The notes under the pieces: generated by a model | What the model saw: only the letters and a program-made list of their open reading frames with translations | Told to the model about the DNA's origin: nothing | Database searches by the model: none | Virus record (IMG/VR): IMGVR_UViG_3300037840_000047 | Span: 1 to 58,085 of that record | From: a virus | Lineage: Duplodnaviria > Caudoviricetes | Length of the DNA stretch: 58,085 nt | Reading direction: 5' to 3' (one strand) | Shown: one piece after another, positions 25,717-34,456 of the stretch | Layout: every line of letters starts with the position of its first letter | How positions within the stretch are numbered: position 1 is the stretch's first letter | Made by a program: the position numbers and the translations under genes

Positions 25717-27654
25717 ATGCCCACGTATCAGTGGATTCAGTTATCTGGCGCGGTCACAGCTCTGGCGGGTCGTCTCGCTGACCCCACGAATGTCTTTTGG
25801 TCTCAAGCTGAATTAACGCTGTACATCCAAGAAGCTCTACGAACCTGGTCGGCTCTTACCGAACAATGGAATTCTGAATTTGTCTTCTCGCCCACATATT
25901 CTCAAATCTGGTACGACCTGTCCACGCTCTCCGGCTCGCCTCGACTCCGCACGCTGACCGACTCCTACCTCTACGAAACGATGCAGTACCACCTCCTAGA
26001 ACCGCCCACTGGGGGAGCGTGGACAGGGACTAGCCAATTCTCAATCTCTGATCTCTCAGGGGCCTTGCAGAGACGTAGAGATGAGATCATTCAGGAGACG
26101 GGCTGCAACTTGGCCCAACTCCCAAGCATTTCCACAACTCCAAACACTCGCCGCATTTTCTTTCCAGACTCAACGCTTGAGCCTCGCAGGGCGCGATGGG
26201 TTCCTGCTGTTGGTTCGCCCCAGACTCTCAGCCGAAGCGATAACCTCGCATGGGACAGCTTCGATGCCAGTCATCTTCAAAGGAATGGCACGCCGTATTC
26301 GTGGAGTGTGATCGCAGGACCGCCGTTGGCAATGGATGTTGACATTGCTCCAAACGTGTCAGGCGGATACGACATGCTTTCTTTGCAGGCGGGGCTATCC
26401 TTCGCGCCTCCCGCTGCAACTTTGCTAAATGTTCCCGATGATTGGTCTTGGCTGGCGAAGTGGGGGGCGATGGCGGACCTGCTGGGCAGGGATTCTGAAG
26501 CCACAGACCGAGAACGTGCAGACTACTGCCTGAAGCGCTATCAGCAGGGCTTAGAAGTAATGAAGCAGGCAAACTGGCTCTTGATCGCCTTGATCAATGG
26601 GGTTCCCGTAGATACGCCTTCCGTGCGGGATATGGACGGATTTTCGCCAGAATGGGAAAACGATCTCACGGCATGGCGCAGTGTGGTTACGGCGGGGGTG
26701 GACCTGTGTGCCGTGTGCCCAGTTCCTACTATCGGCGGAGCTATTTCTTTCATCGGTTCGGCCACTGGAACGGTAAGTACGACGGGCTTCAACGTTCCGC
26801 TGACGCTAGCTTATAGCAGCAGAACGGGCAACACTTTGATTCTGTTCACAGCCACGGGAGGGCAGGGAGGAGGGCCTGGAATTGTAACGTCTATCAGTGA
26901 TTCGGCGGGGAACTATTGGCAACTTGCAGGGTCGTTACCCGGACCTGGCTTCCAGTGCTGGTACGTGCAGAATGCAAAGGCGATTACATCTGTGACGGTG
27001 ACTTTCACCGGAGATGCAGCGCTTACCGGATACATTGCTGGCTTGTCCGAATACTCAAACGTAGTGGCCATCATCAATGTGCAGGCTACGCCCAATCAAC
27101 AGTCTGGAAATCCTGAGACGATTACCCAGAACATCCAATTCGCCAATGATGTTGTTGTTGTGGCATTCAATCCGAACGGTGGTGGAGCTATATTCACCCC
27201 GAGTGCAGGAAATCTTCGCTGGCAGCAGGGCGATGTCGTGAATGCGACCATGTGTTCGGCGGATAATACCGCTGGCACTGCGGGGGCGAGTGTGACCGTG
27301 GCAGTAAACGGCCCTTTGCTATGGTTTTACATCTCAGTCGAATTACAGGCGGCTCCAATCGCGCCGGGGACACCATCAAGCGTGCTGCTTACGCTAGTGG
27401 GGAATTGCCCCGTGCCAGTGAATCCAACCGACTTCGTTCAGGTGAGCCGCGACGTGTTCGATGTGATCTTGGATTACGCACAATCGCTCAGTTCGTTTAA
27501 GATGGGAGGGGATGAGTTTGCTCAGTGTAGGGAGTTGGAAAATAACTTCTTCCGTGCGGCTTTGGCGACAAACAAGCGCCTAGTCAAAATGGGGGTGTTT
27601 TCCGATCTCTTACACTCCGAGGGCAAGCGCCAAGATAAAACTCAACCGAGGTAG
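25717..27654 (+). CDS. tail/neck structural protein with inserted beta module
   Basis: Adaptor-like FWSQAELTLYIQEA N-terminus; ~200-aa insert at 26740-27360. Confidence 0.55.
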   Translation: MPTYQWIQLSGAVTALAGRLADPTNVFWSQAELTLYIQEALRTWSALTEQWNSEFVFSPTYSQIWYDLSTLSGSPRLRTLTDSYLYETMQYHLLEPPTGGAWTGTSQFSISDLSGALQRRRDEIIQETGCNLAQLPSISTTPNTRRIFFPDSTLEPRRARWVPAVGSPQTLSRSDNLAWDSFDASHLQRNGTPYSWSVIAGPPLAMDVDIAPNVSGGYDMLSLQAGLSFAPPAATLLNVPDDWSWLAKWGAMADLLGRDSEATDRERADYCLKRYQQGLEVMKQANWLLIALINGVPVDTPSVRDMDGFSPEWENDLTAWRSVVTAGVDLCAVCPVPTIGGAISFIGSATGTVSTTGFNVPLTLAYSSRTGNTLILFTATGGQGGGPGIVTSISDSAGNYWQLAGSLPGPGFQCWYVQNAKAITSVTVTFTGDAALTGYIAGLSEYSNVVAIINVQATPNQQSGNPETITQNIQFANDVVVVAFNPNGGGAIFTPSAGNLRWQQGDVVNATMCSADNTAGTAGASVTVAVNGPLLWFYISVELQAAPIAPGTPSSVLLTLVGNCPVPVNPTDFVQVSRDVFDVILDYAQSLSSFKMGGDEFAQCRELENNFFRAALATNKRLVKMGVFSDLLHSEGKRQDKTQPR

Positions 27655-27656
27655 TT

Positions 27657-28259
27657 ATGCCAGCATTCATCGACATCACGGGAAGGCAGTTTGGTCGCTG
27701 GACGGTCATTAGTAAGTCCATCTTTACGAAGGGTGATCGCCAGTGGTCGTGCCGATGTCAGTGCGGAACCATTAGAGACGTATCGGGAAGGAACTTGCGT
27801 AATGGTTTAAGTAACAGTTGCGGCTGCTGGAATCTGGAACAGATTAGAAGCCCGAAGAAGCATGGCATGAGCAAGACGCGACAGTTTCGTAATTGGTGCC
27901 AAATGATTTCTCGCTGCAATAACCCAAACAATCCTCGCTTTGAGCGATACGGTGGGCGGGGAATCAAGGTATGCCATCGCTGGCTGGCTTCCTTCTCCGA
28001 CTTTATGCAAGACATGGGTCCACGCCCCAAGGGGTTGACGATTGAGCGCATTGATAATGACGGGGATTACGAGCCGGGAAACTGCCGCTGGGCTACGAAT
28101 AGAGAGCAGCAAAGAAATAAGCGTAGCAACCGCATAATATTTGGGTTTGGTAAATCTCAGTTGCTCGTAGATTGGGCGCGAGATTTACACATGAGCGCAT
28201 CCCTGCTTCACTATCATCTCAAACGCGGTAGAACGGTGGAGCAAATCGCCAATGCCTAA
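27657..28259 (+). CDS. HNH-type homing endonuclease
   Basis: DITGRQFGRWTV..CRCQCG..SCGC..RYGGRGIKVC..TIERIDNDGDYEPGNCRWAT..QQRN. Confidence 0.9.
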   Translation: MPAFIDITGRQFGRWTVISKSIFTKGDRQWSCRCQCGTIRDVSGRNLRNGLSNSCGCWNLEQIRSPKKHGMSKTRQFRNWCQMISRCNNPNNPRFERYGGRGIKVCHRWLASFSDFMQDMGPRPKGLTIERIDNDGDYEPGNCRWATNREQQRNKRSNRIIFGFGKSQLLVDWARDLHMSASLLHYHLKRGRTVEQIANA

Positions 28260-31200
28260 GCCTTACCAACGCGATAAAGACGGTCTCAGGCTGGCTTTTC
28301 ATGGCATGAACACCGTCCTCCCACCCGACAAGGTGCCTCCTTCCAAGTACCCATACGCCCAGAACGTTCGCGCATACTTGCACGACCGAACCACGGGCAG
28401 GGCTACACAGGATTCCTCCGTCCAGCAGTTGCCCTATCCGGTTCATTCGGTTCGCAGGCTGAACGACACAACTCCCGCAGGCCCACCGCAGGGCTTCATT
28501 TTAGTGGAAGGGGCAGGAATCTATCTCTACGCAGGCAACACTCAAGTCGATAGCGGCCTCAGCGGAAACCCGATTTCCTTGCTTCCGTTCCGCCCGAATG
28601 CCTCAGTGCAGCCGTGGATGTACGTTGGCGACTCGGTAAAGATGGACAAAGTTCGGTCGGATGGAACCTGTTACAAGATGGGGATTGAGGAGCCGCAAGT
28701 TGCCCCTGTCGTCACCTTCGTGCCTGCCTCGGATACCGTCTCTCTGCTTGGCCCAGTGACAGTCTATGTGTTCAATAATCCTTCGCAGTCGCACAGTTCT
28801 CCCTTGGCGGGAGTCTACATCTGGAAGAATGCTAGCGACCCAGTGGGCGGTAGTGCGGTAGTTGAAACCACAGGCGAGGCAAACGACGTAGCGACCGGAA
28901 ATTCCTTGCTGTTTGACTACAATTCAGGCGGCTCCCCTGATATTAACGGCAACCCTGATACTTACGTCAACTGGTCGCAGTACACGACCTACGTTGGGAC
29001 GGTGAGCGTAAACGGGACGGCGGTGACGTGGGATGGCGGTAGTCAGTTTGGTGGGTTGTCTTCAGGCAACAAGATCGTCATCAGTGGAACCACGTACACG
29101 ATTACCGGGGCAGTGACTAACACCACCCTGAACCTCACTTCGAGTGCTGGAGTGCAAACTGCTGTTAACTATGCAGCGGCAGTGATTACTGGAACGGTGC
29201 CGCTTTTCGTGCCGTCGCTGGAATCGCAGGGCTATCAGGACTTTAATTGCTCCATTCTTGCAACCCTCTACGTCCCTGCGGCTGGAACCTATACCCTAAG
29301 CCTGACATGCAAAGACGACATCCTTTGGGGCATCGGAAACAGCGCGAGCGGAACAGCTACGTGGGCAGGACCGGGTGGTGGACAGACCCTGAGCACGATT
29401 GGTCAAACCCTGACCACGATCAGCGGCTATCCGCTCATGCCGCGCACCTATGAGTCTAGCGGAGAAGACAATCACTACACGACAGCTTCCGTGGTTGTGA
29501 CGTTCTCTGCCGCAGGGAACTACCCGATAGAGCTAGACTGGGATTACTGGTATCACCTTCCCCGTGGTCTTGCTGTCCTGTGTAATGGCGCTCTGATTCC
29601 GCCCGTCCCTGCCACTACGATTACCGACTCGCAGTATCGGTATACCTATCGTTCGTCAGCTACGGGGGCTACGTCGAACCCTTCCCCAGAATCACCAGAA
29701 ACCGGATTATCGGTGCTGTCGAACAATGTGACGGCTACCGCCTCCACCGACCCCCAGGTAGACAAGATTGACTTCTATCGACTCGACTCCGGACTGGAGA
29801 ACTTTACATACGTCGGCACAACCTCGAATCAATTAGTAAGCACTGACCTCATATTCGGCGTTGGCGTTGGCCTCATGTCTGCAACGATCCCGTTTGGCAC
29901 CGGAGTCGTTGTGGGGCAGACACTATCCATCGACGTTGGGGTGAATCAGGAGAACGTCGTTGTTGTGGCCTTTAATCCGGGGAGCGGCGCTCCTCTAATT
30001 GTGTTGCCGACATTCACCGCGACATTCACTAAGTCCCATAGTGCCGGAGCAATTGTAGCGTCGCTCGTTGTGACGCTTAACGACACACTAATCGATACCG
30101 ACATTGCCAGCAACCCGATATTGGAGTTCGACAATTTTGAGCCTTTCCCGTCGATTGACCTTCCCCAGAAGGGAACTGTAAACGTAAAGAACGGGGTGGT
30201 GACATTCGCAACTGGATTTTCCCTATTCAATACACGATGGCTTCCCGGCACAATTATCATCATCGGAACCATCGCCTACACACTGACAGCCAGACCCCCA
30301 CAGGGAGGCTTCCCAGCATTACCCGGATTCGGGTTCACGCTTACCGCCAGTAACGTTGAGAACATCGCAGGAATCGAGACCATTGTTTATCCCCCCAACG
30401 GAGTCGGCCTGCCTTACGAAATCGCAGAGCCGATTCTGGCGGCGCAGCCTATGCCGTATCTCTGGGGGCCGACCGACAACGTGAGTTTCTTCTTTGGTGT
30501 AGGCGACCCGTTAAGGCCCGGAACGCTCTACTGGTCCAAGGGGAACAACCCTGACTCTGCCCCAGACACAAACCAGCAGGACATCACCTCTCCGAGTGAG
30601 CCGCTGATGAATGGCGTGATCGTCAATGGCATTGGACTGGTCATGTCCACAGAACGCGGATTCCTGATCTATCCGAACTTCTTCAATGCTCTCGCCACGG
30701 TAGAGGGAACGATAGGCTCAACGTGGACGATTCAGGAATCCATCCAGACTCGCGGCCTGTACATGCCCCGCTGCATCACGGTAGATGGTGGCGGAAACGT
30801 ATTCTTCCGAGCGAAGGACGGTATTTATGTTTCTCCCGGTGGGCAAGGTTCAAAGTCGATCACAGACGAAGACCTTTACAACCTGTTTCCGCACGAAGGA
30901 TTTCTGCCATCTCCAGTCATTCGTGGGCCGTACACTGCCTATCCGCCAGACGACACAAAGCCTCAATCACAGCAGATGAACGTTGCCAATGGCTATCTGT
31001 ACTACGATTACCTCGATGTCACAGGCACGCCAAGAACCCTGGTTTACGACATCGCGGCAAAGGGTTGGGTGGTGGACATCTACGAGTACCAGGTGGCCGT
31101 CCATCAGCTTGAAGAAGGCGCAGGAGTCAATGGCGTGATGTGCGGTTGCTTCGATGGCACGGTAAGAAAATTAAGCGACAGCGGGGTTGAGGGGGCAAGC

Positions 31201-31290
31201 AGTGTGCTGATGCTGCCGTGCAATAATGCAGGCGACACACGCGCTCCGAAGTATTGGGGGGATTTGTACATCGAGTGCTCGGAGGATTAG
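28252..31290 (+). CDS. putative tail nozzle/stabilisation protein with PA14-like insert
   Basis: 1012-aa beta-rich protein; AQNVR near the N-terminus, LYWSK and TLVYD...W; lies before the ejection genes. Confidence 0.6.
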   Translation: MPKPYQRDKDGLRLAFHGMNTVLPPDKVPPSKYPYAQNVRAYLHDRTTGRATQDSSVQQLPYPVHSVRRLNDTTPAGPPQGFILVEGAGIYLYAGNTQVDSGLSGNPISLLPFRPNASVQPWMYVGDSVKMDKVRSDGTCYKMGIEEPQVAPVVTFVPASDTVSLLGPVTVYVFNNPSQSHSSPLAGVYIWKNASDPVGGSAVVETTGEANDVATGNSLLFDYNSGGSPDINGNPDTYVNWSQYTTYVGTVSVNGTAVTWDGGSQFGGLSSGNKIVISGTTYTITGAVTNTTLNLTSSAGVQTAVNYAAAVITGTVPLFVPSLESQGYQDFNCSILATLYVPAAGTYTLSLTCKDDILWGIGNSASGTATWAGPGGGQTLSTIGQTLTTISGYPLMPRTYESSGEDNHYTTASVVVTFSAAGNYPIELDWDYWYHLPRGLAVLCNGALIPPVPATTITDSQYRYTYRSSATGATSNPSPESPETGLSVLSNNVTATASTDPQVDKIDFYRLDSGLENFTYVGTTSNQLVSTDLIFGVGVGLMSATIPFGTGVVVGQTLSIDVGVNQENVVVVAFNPGSGAPLIVLPTFTATFTKSHSAGAIVASLVVTLNDTLIDTDIASNPILEFDNFEPFPSIDLPQKGTVNVKNGVVTFATGFSLFNTRWLPGTIIIIGTIAYTLTARPPQGGFPALPGFGFTLTASNVENIAGIETIVYPPNGVGLPYEIAEPILAAQPMPYLWGPTDNVSFFFGVGDPLRPGTLYWSKGNNPDSAPDTNQQDITSPSEPLMNGVIVNGIGLVMSTERGFLIYPNFFNALATVEGTIGSTWTIQESIQTRGLYMPRCITVDGGGNVFFRAKDGIYVSPGGQGSKSITDEDLYNLFPHEGFLPSPVIRGPYTAYPPDDTKPQSQQMNVANGYLYYDYLDVTGTPRTLVYDIAAKGWVVDIYEYQVAVHQLEEGAGVNGVMCGCFDGTVRKLSDSGVEGASSVLMLPCNNAGDTRAPKYWGDLYIECSED

Positions 31291-31868
31291 TGTATATCGC
31301 CGATCTCCAATTGAATATTTCCCCGTACACAGCCCTTTACACGGAACTGGTGCCCGATTCTGCGCTCACGGTGAATGAGGATGTTAGTCAGGGCCGACGT
31401 GCAATCATCCTGGACTTCAATGATAGCGATGGGCTTCTGGCAAGAGACCTCGGGACGATCTTTGAATGGCCGACGATGGCGGGAACGGTGCTCGATGTCT
31501 GGCAGCCAAGCATTATTCCCCTCGATGACGACGTTTACCAGAGGATGAGTTTTCACTGCCTGATGAAAAGTCTTGGCGGAACAGGTTGGCAGCACGCCCG
31601 AGAGATGAACATCGCGTATCAGTCGGTGACCCCACTCACTCTACTGCTTACGTTCGATCAGTGGCCGAGTATCACGCTGACAGTTCCGAGTTCCAATGGC
31701 TCAGAGATCAAACAGAAAGTCATCTTGCCGCCGAACAAGTGGAAGCTCATGGAAATCTTCCTATCGTCCACACAGCCATTTAAGTTGTGGGGCAGCGACC
31801 TTCAGCTAAAAATTCGATCTTGGGGGAGTACAGGGCCTTACAGAATTGCGAAGCCCGTATCTGATTAA
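31290..31868 (+). CDS. tail structural protein (possible split C-terminal part of the nozzle)
   Basis: GTG overlaps the upstream TAG; GGAGG RBS. Confidence 0.55.
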   Translation: MYIADLQLNISPYTALYTELVPDSALTVNEDVSQGRRAIILDFNDSDGLLARDLGTIFEWPTMAGTVLDVWQPSIIPLDDDVYQRMSFHCLMKSLGGTGWQHAREMNIAYQSVTPLTLLLTFDQWPSITLTVPSSNGSEIKQKVILPPNKWKLMEIFLSSTQPFKLWGSDLQLKIRSWGSTGPYRIAKPVSD

Positions 31869-32378
31869 ATGGGTAATCTGCCTCCGACAGTGCGATTTCC
31901 GTTCAACCTTGACCCTGATAGCTATCCCGAGGGCGAGCCGCAAGAGAAAGAGCATGGATGGAAGCGCCTTGCGAATCAGGCTGTGCGTTATGTATTCAGC
32001 GGCCTGCTCGATGCACAGCAAGCAATCGCTGCCCTGAACAAGAAAATTGGGGCAGTGTCAACCAGTTCGGCTGGTCCCTCTGGCGGCAATGTTATCGGCG
32101 CAGTAAACGACCAAACGGGACAGGCAGCCTACACAGTTCAGAATGCCGATTACGGCGCACTGGTTATAGTGAACAATGGGGCAGGCGTGCAGATAGGGCT
32201 GAACGCCTTAGTGGAGAGGCCCTATTACGTGCGCATCAAGGTGGATTCCGGCTCAGGGGCAGCGATTCTTACACCAACAAACGGGACCATCAATCATGCT
32301 GGATTTATCGTGGTTGCGCCCGGTACGACAGTGCAAGCCAACATCAATTCTGCCGATGTAAACTGGTCGGCTTCGTAG
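31869..32378 (+). CDS. short fibre/needle-like protein
   Basis: Coiled-coil segment followed by AVNDQTGQAAYTVQNADYG fibre motif. Confidence 0.5.
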   Translation: MGNLPPTVRFPFNLDPDSYPEGEPQEKEHGWKRLANQAVRYVFSGLLDAQQAIAALNKKIGAVSTSSAGPSGGNVIGAVNDQTGQAAYTVQNADYGALVIVNNGAGVQIGLNALVERPYYVRIKVDSGSGAAILTPTNGTINHAGFIVVAPGTTVQANINSADVNWSAS

Positions 32379-32393
32379 TATAGTGGGGGCATT

Positions 32394-33077
32394 ATGCACT
32401 TCCTGATTCGAGCGTTGTGCGAGTGGTTCATGTTCGGCGGCACGGTCGCCCTGTTCGGAATTGGCATGGGGCCAAGCTCTCAGGAGAAGCAGCAGTATGG
32501 CGATCTTGGCAACCTCGCTAACTTTGCCACGTCCGCAGGCGAATCGGATATTTCCTCGGCAAACAACTTCTGGCAGTCCATCCTCTCAGGCGACCCTTCG
32601 CAGATTTCCAAAGTCCTTGGCCCACTGATGAGCACAGTGAACAAACAGGGCCAGCAGCAGAAGAAAACACTGGCAGAGTTCGGCAATCGCAGCGGCGGAA
32701 CGAATGCCACAGCACAGACGATTGACGACAGTACCCGCAGCACGGTTGACTCGGCTATTTCGTCGCTGACGGGCGGTGCAGCGTCGGCTCTAGGAACTAC
32801 AGGTTCCAGCCTCTTGAGCACGGGACTATCAGGACATGAAGCGGCCTTCAGTTCTGCGGACACGATTCAGAAGCAGAGGTCGGCACAGATTAACGACATC
32901 TTCAAGAGCATCGCATCCTTCGCGGCAGCACCGTTCACAGGAGGAGCGAGTCTCGGATTAGCCTTCTCTGGTAGTGGAGGGGGAGGCGGGAACAGTGGAG
33001 GATGGAACCCAGATTGGGGCGCAGACCCAGAGGCGGGTGGCGGAGGATATAGCGGCTCGGGAGCAGGATGGGAATAG
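32394..33077 (+). CDS. ejection protein 1 (P22 gp7-like position)
   Basis: G/S/A/Q-rich with an AAAPFTGGASL hydrophobic motif. Confidence 0.55.
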   Translation: MHFLIRALCEWFMFGGTVALFGIGMGPSSQEKQQYGDLGNLANFATSAGESDISSANNFWQSILSGDPSQISKVLGPLMSTVNKQGQQQKKTLAEFGNRSGGTNATAQTIDDSTRSTVDSAISSLTGGAASALGTTGSSLLSTGLSGHEAAFSSADTIQKQRSAQINDIFKSIASFAAAPFTGGASLGLAFSGSGGGGGNSGGWNPDWGADPEAGGGGYSGSGAGWE

Positions 33078-34456
33078 CAGAAAATCTCGTTCAGGGCTTT
33101 GCTAACGCTGCTGGCGCTACAGATGCGTCTCAAGCAATCGAGAACAAGAAGTCAGATCGCCGCGCTACGGCCCACGAAGAACTCGAAGCCAATACCCACT
33201 CCATTCTGGATGACGTTAAGAAACTTCAGCAGAGGCGTGCAGCCCTAGACCCAAAATCTCCGACTTACGCGAAAGACGTTGCCGAAATAGATTCCAATCT
33301 GCACCAGGCGCGGCAAGCCTTTACAGACCTGTACCACCCTGAGAAGAATCCTGGAGCCTTGGCCAAGTTTGGCGGATTCCTGAAGTCTCACAGTGCAAAA
33401 CAGCAGGCCGACAGAGCGATGGATTACGGCACGCCGAATGTGCCCACAACTCCCGGTGACGCGAAGAAACGGTTTGACATGGCGGGGTTGGATGCGGCAG
33501 CGGCAGGACCGGGACAGACTCCAGAGAACCCCTACCTCACTAGGCAGAGGCAGAGCACCGAGGCCGGGGGTACGCCAGACGAGGTAAGGCGAGCCACATT
33601 CGGAACGGAGAAAGCAGAGCCGGAGTCATGGAAACTGGTAGACGTTACGATGCCGGACGGTTCGGTAAAGACCGTCCAGCACAACGAGAAGAATCGCGAG
33701 TTTGCTGATCTTGCAGGCAAGCCAATTCCCTCCGACCAACTGGCAGGGGCCAAGCTCAACCCCAAGACTTCTGCACATCCGGTTCGGGCATGGGTAAGCC
33801 GTAACGGGAAACCAACTTCCGTACTGCTTGACCCTGCGACAAACAAAGTGATTCCCGGCAGTGAAAACCCTGACATTCAGCCACCACCTAGCATGGCAGG
33901 CAGAATCACGACAGGCTACTACCACTTCGTAGACGAAAATGGGAACGTTCATCAGGTGCAGGAGACTCGGACATCTACGCCAATGGGCGGTGCGAATGTT
34001 CCCAAAACACCGGGAGAGGCTAAGACGAAAGCGGCAGCGACTTCCCCAGATAACGTCATCGGCCACAAAGAGACTGCGGTACAAGCCAAGGCACATAGGG
34101 ATTACATCGACGCGGTAGGACTCGCCAAGAAAGCCGACGAAGTAGCGAAGAACCCGAACGATGCCGTGAATCAGAAACGGCTAGCAGTTGCCCTTGAGCG
34201 CGTTGCAGCGGGGCGCTTTACGACTCAGGCATTGGATTACATCGTGAAGGCAGGCTGGGGCAACACCATTGAAGGCTGGGCGAACAGTTCTACCACCGGG
34301 GCACTCCCGAAGGATGTTATGCGGCAGTTGATCGACGGCGCACATCAGGAAATGGATGCAAAGAAAACTGCATGGGACGAGTCTAAAAAGGGCGGCAGTG
34401 AAGCATCAGGCGATGCCGACATAGACGCAATCGTGAAAGCCCTGAAGAACAAGTAA
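33068..34456 (+). CDS. ejection protein 2
   Basis: Cys-free charged 462-aa protein in the ejection position. Confidence 0.5.
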   Translation: MGIAENLVQGFANAAGATDASQAIENKKSDRRATAHEELEANTHSILDDVKKLQQRRAALDPKSPTYAKDVAEIDSNLHQARQAFTDLYHPEKNPGALAKFGGFLKSHSAKQQADRAMDYGTPNVPTTPGDAKKRFDMAGLDAAAAGPGQTPENPYLTRQRQSTEAGGTPDEVRRATFGTEKAEPESWKLVDVTMPDGSVKTVQHNEKNREFADLAGKPIPSDQLAGAKLNPKTSAHPVRAWVSRNGKPTSVLLDPATNKVIPGSENPDIQPPPSMAGRITTGYYHFVDENGNVHQVQETRTSTPMGGANVPKTPGEAKTKAAATSPDNVIGHKETAVQAKAHRDYIDAVGLAKKADEVAKNPNDAVNQKRLAVALERVAAGRFTTQALDYIVKAGWGNTIEGWANSSTTGALPKDVMRQLIDGAHQEMDAKKTAWDESKKGGSEASGDADIDAIVKALKNK

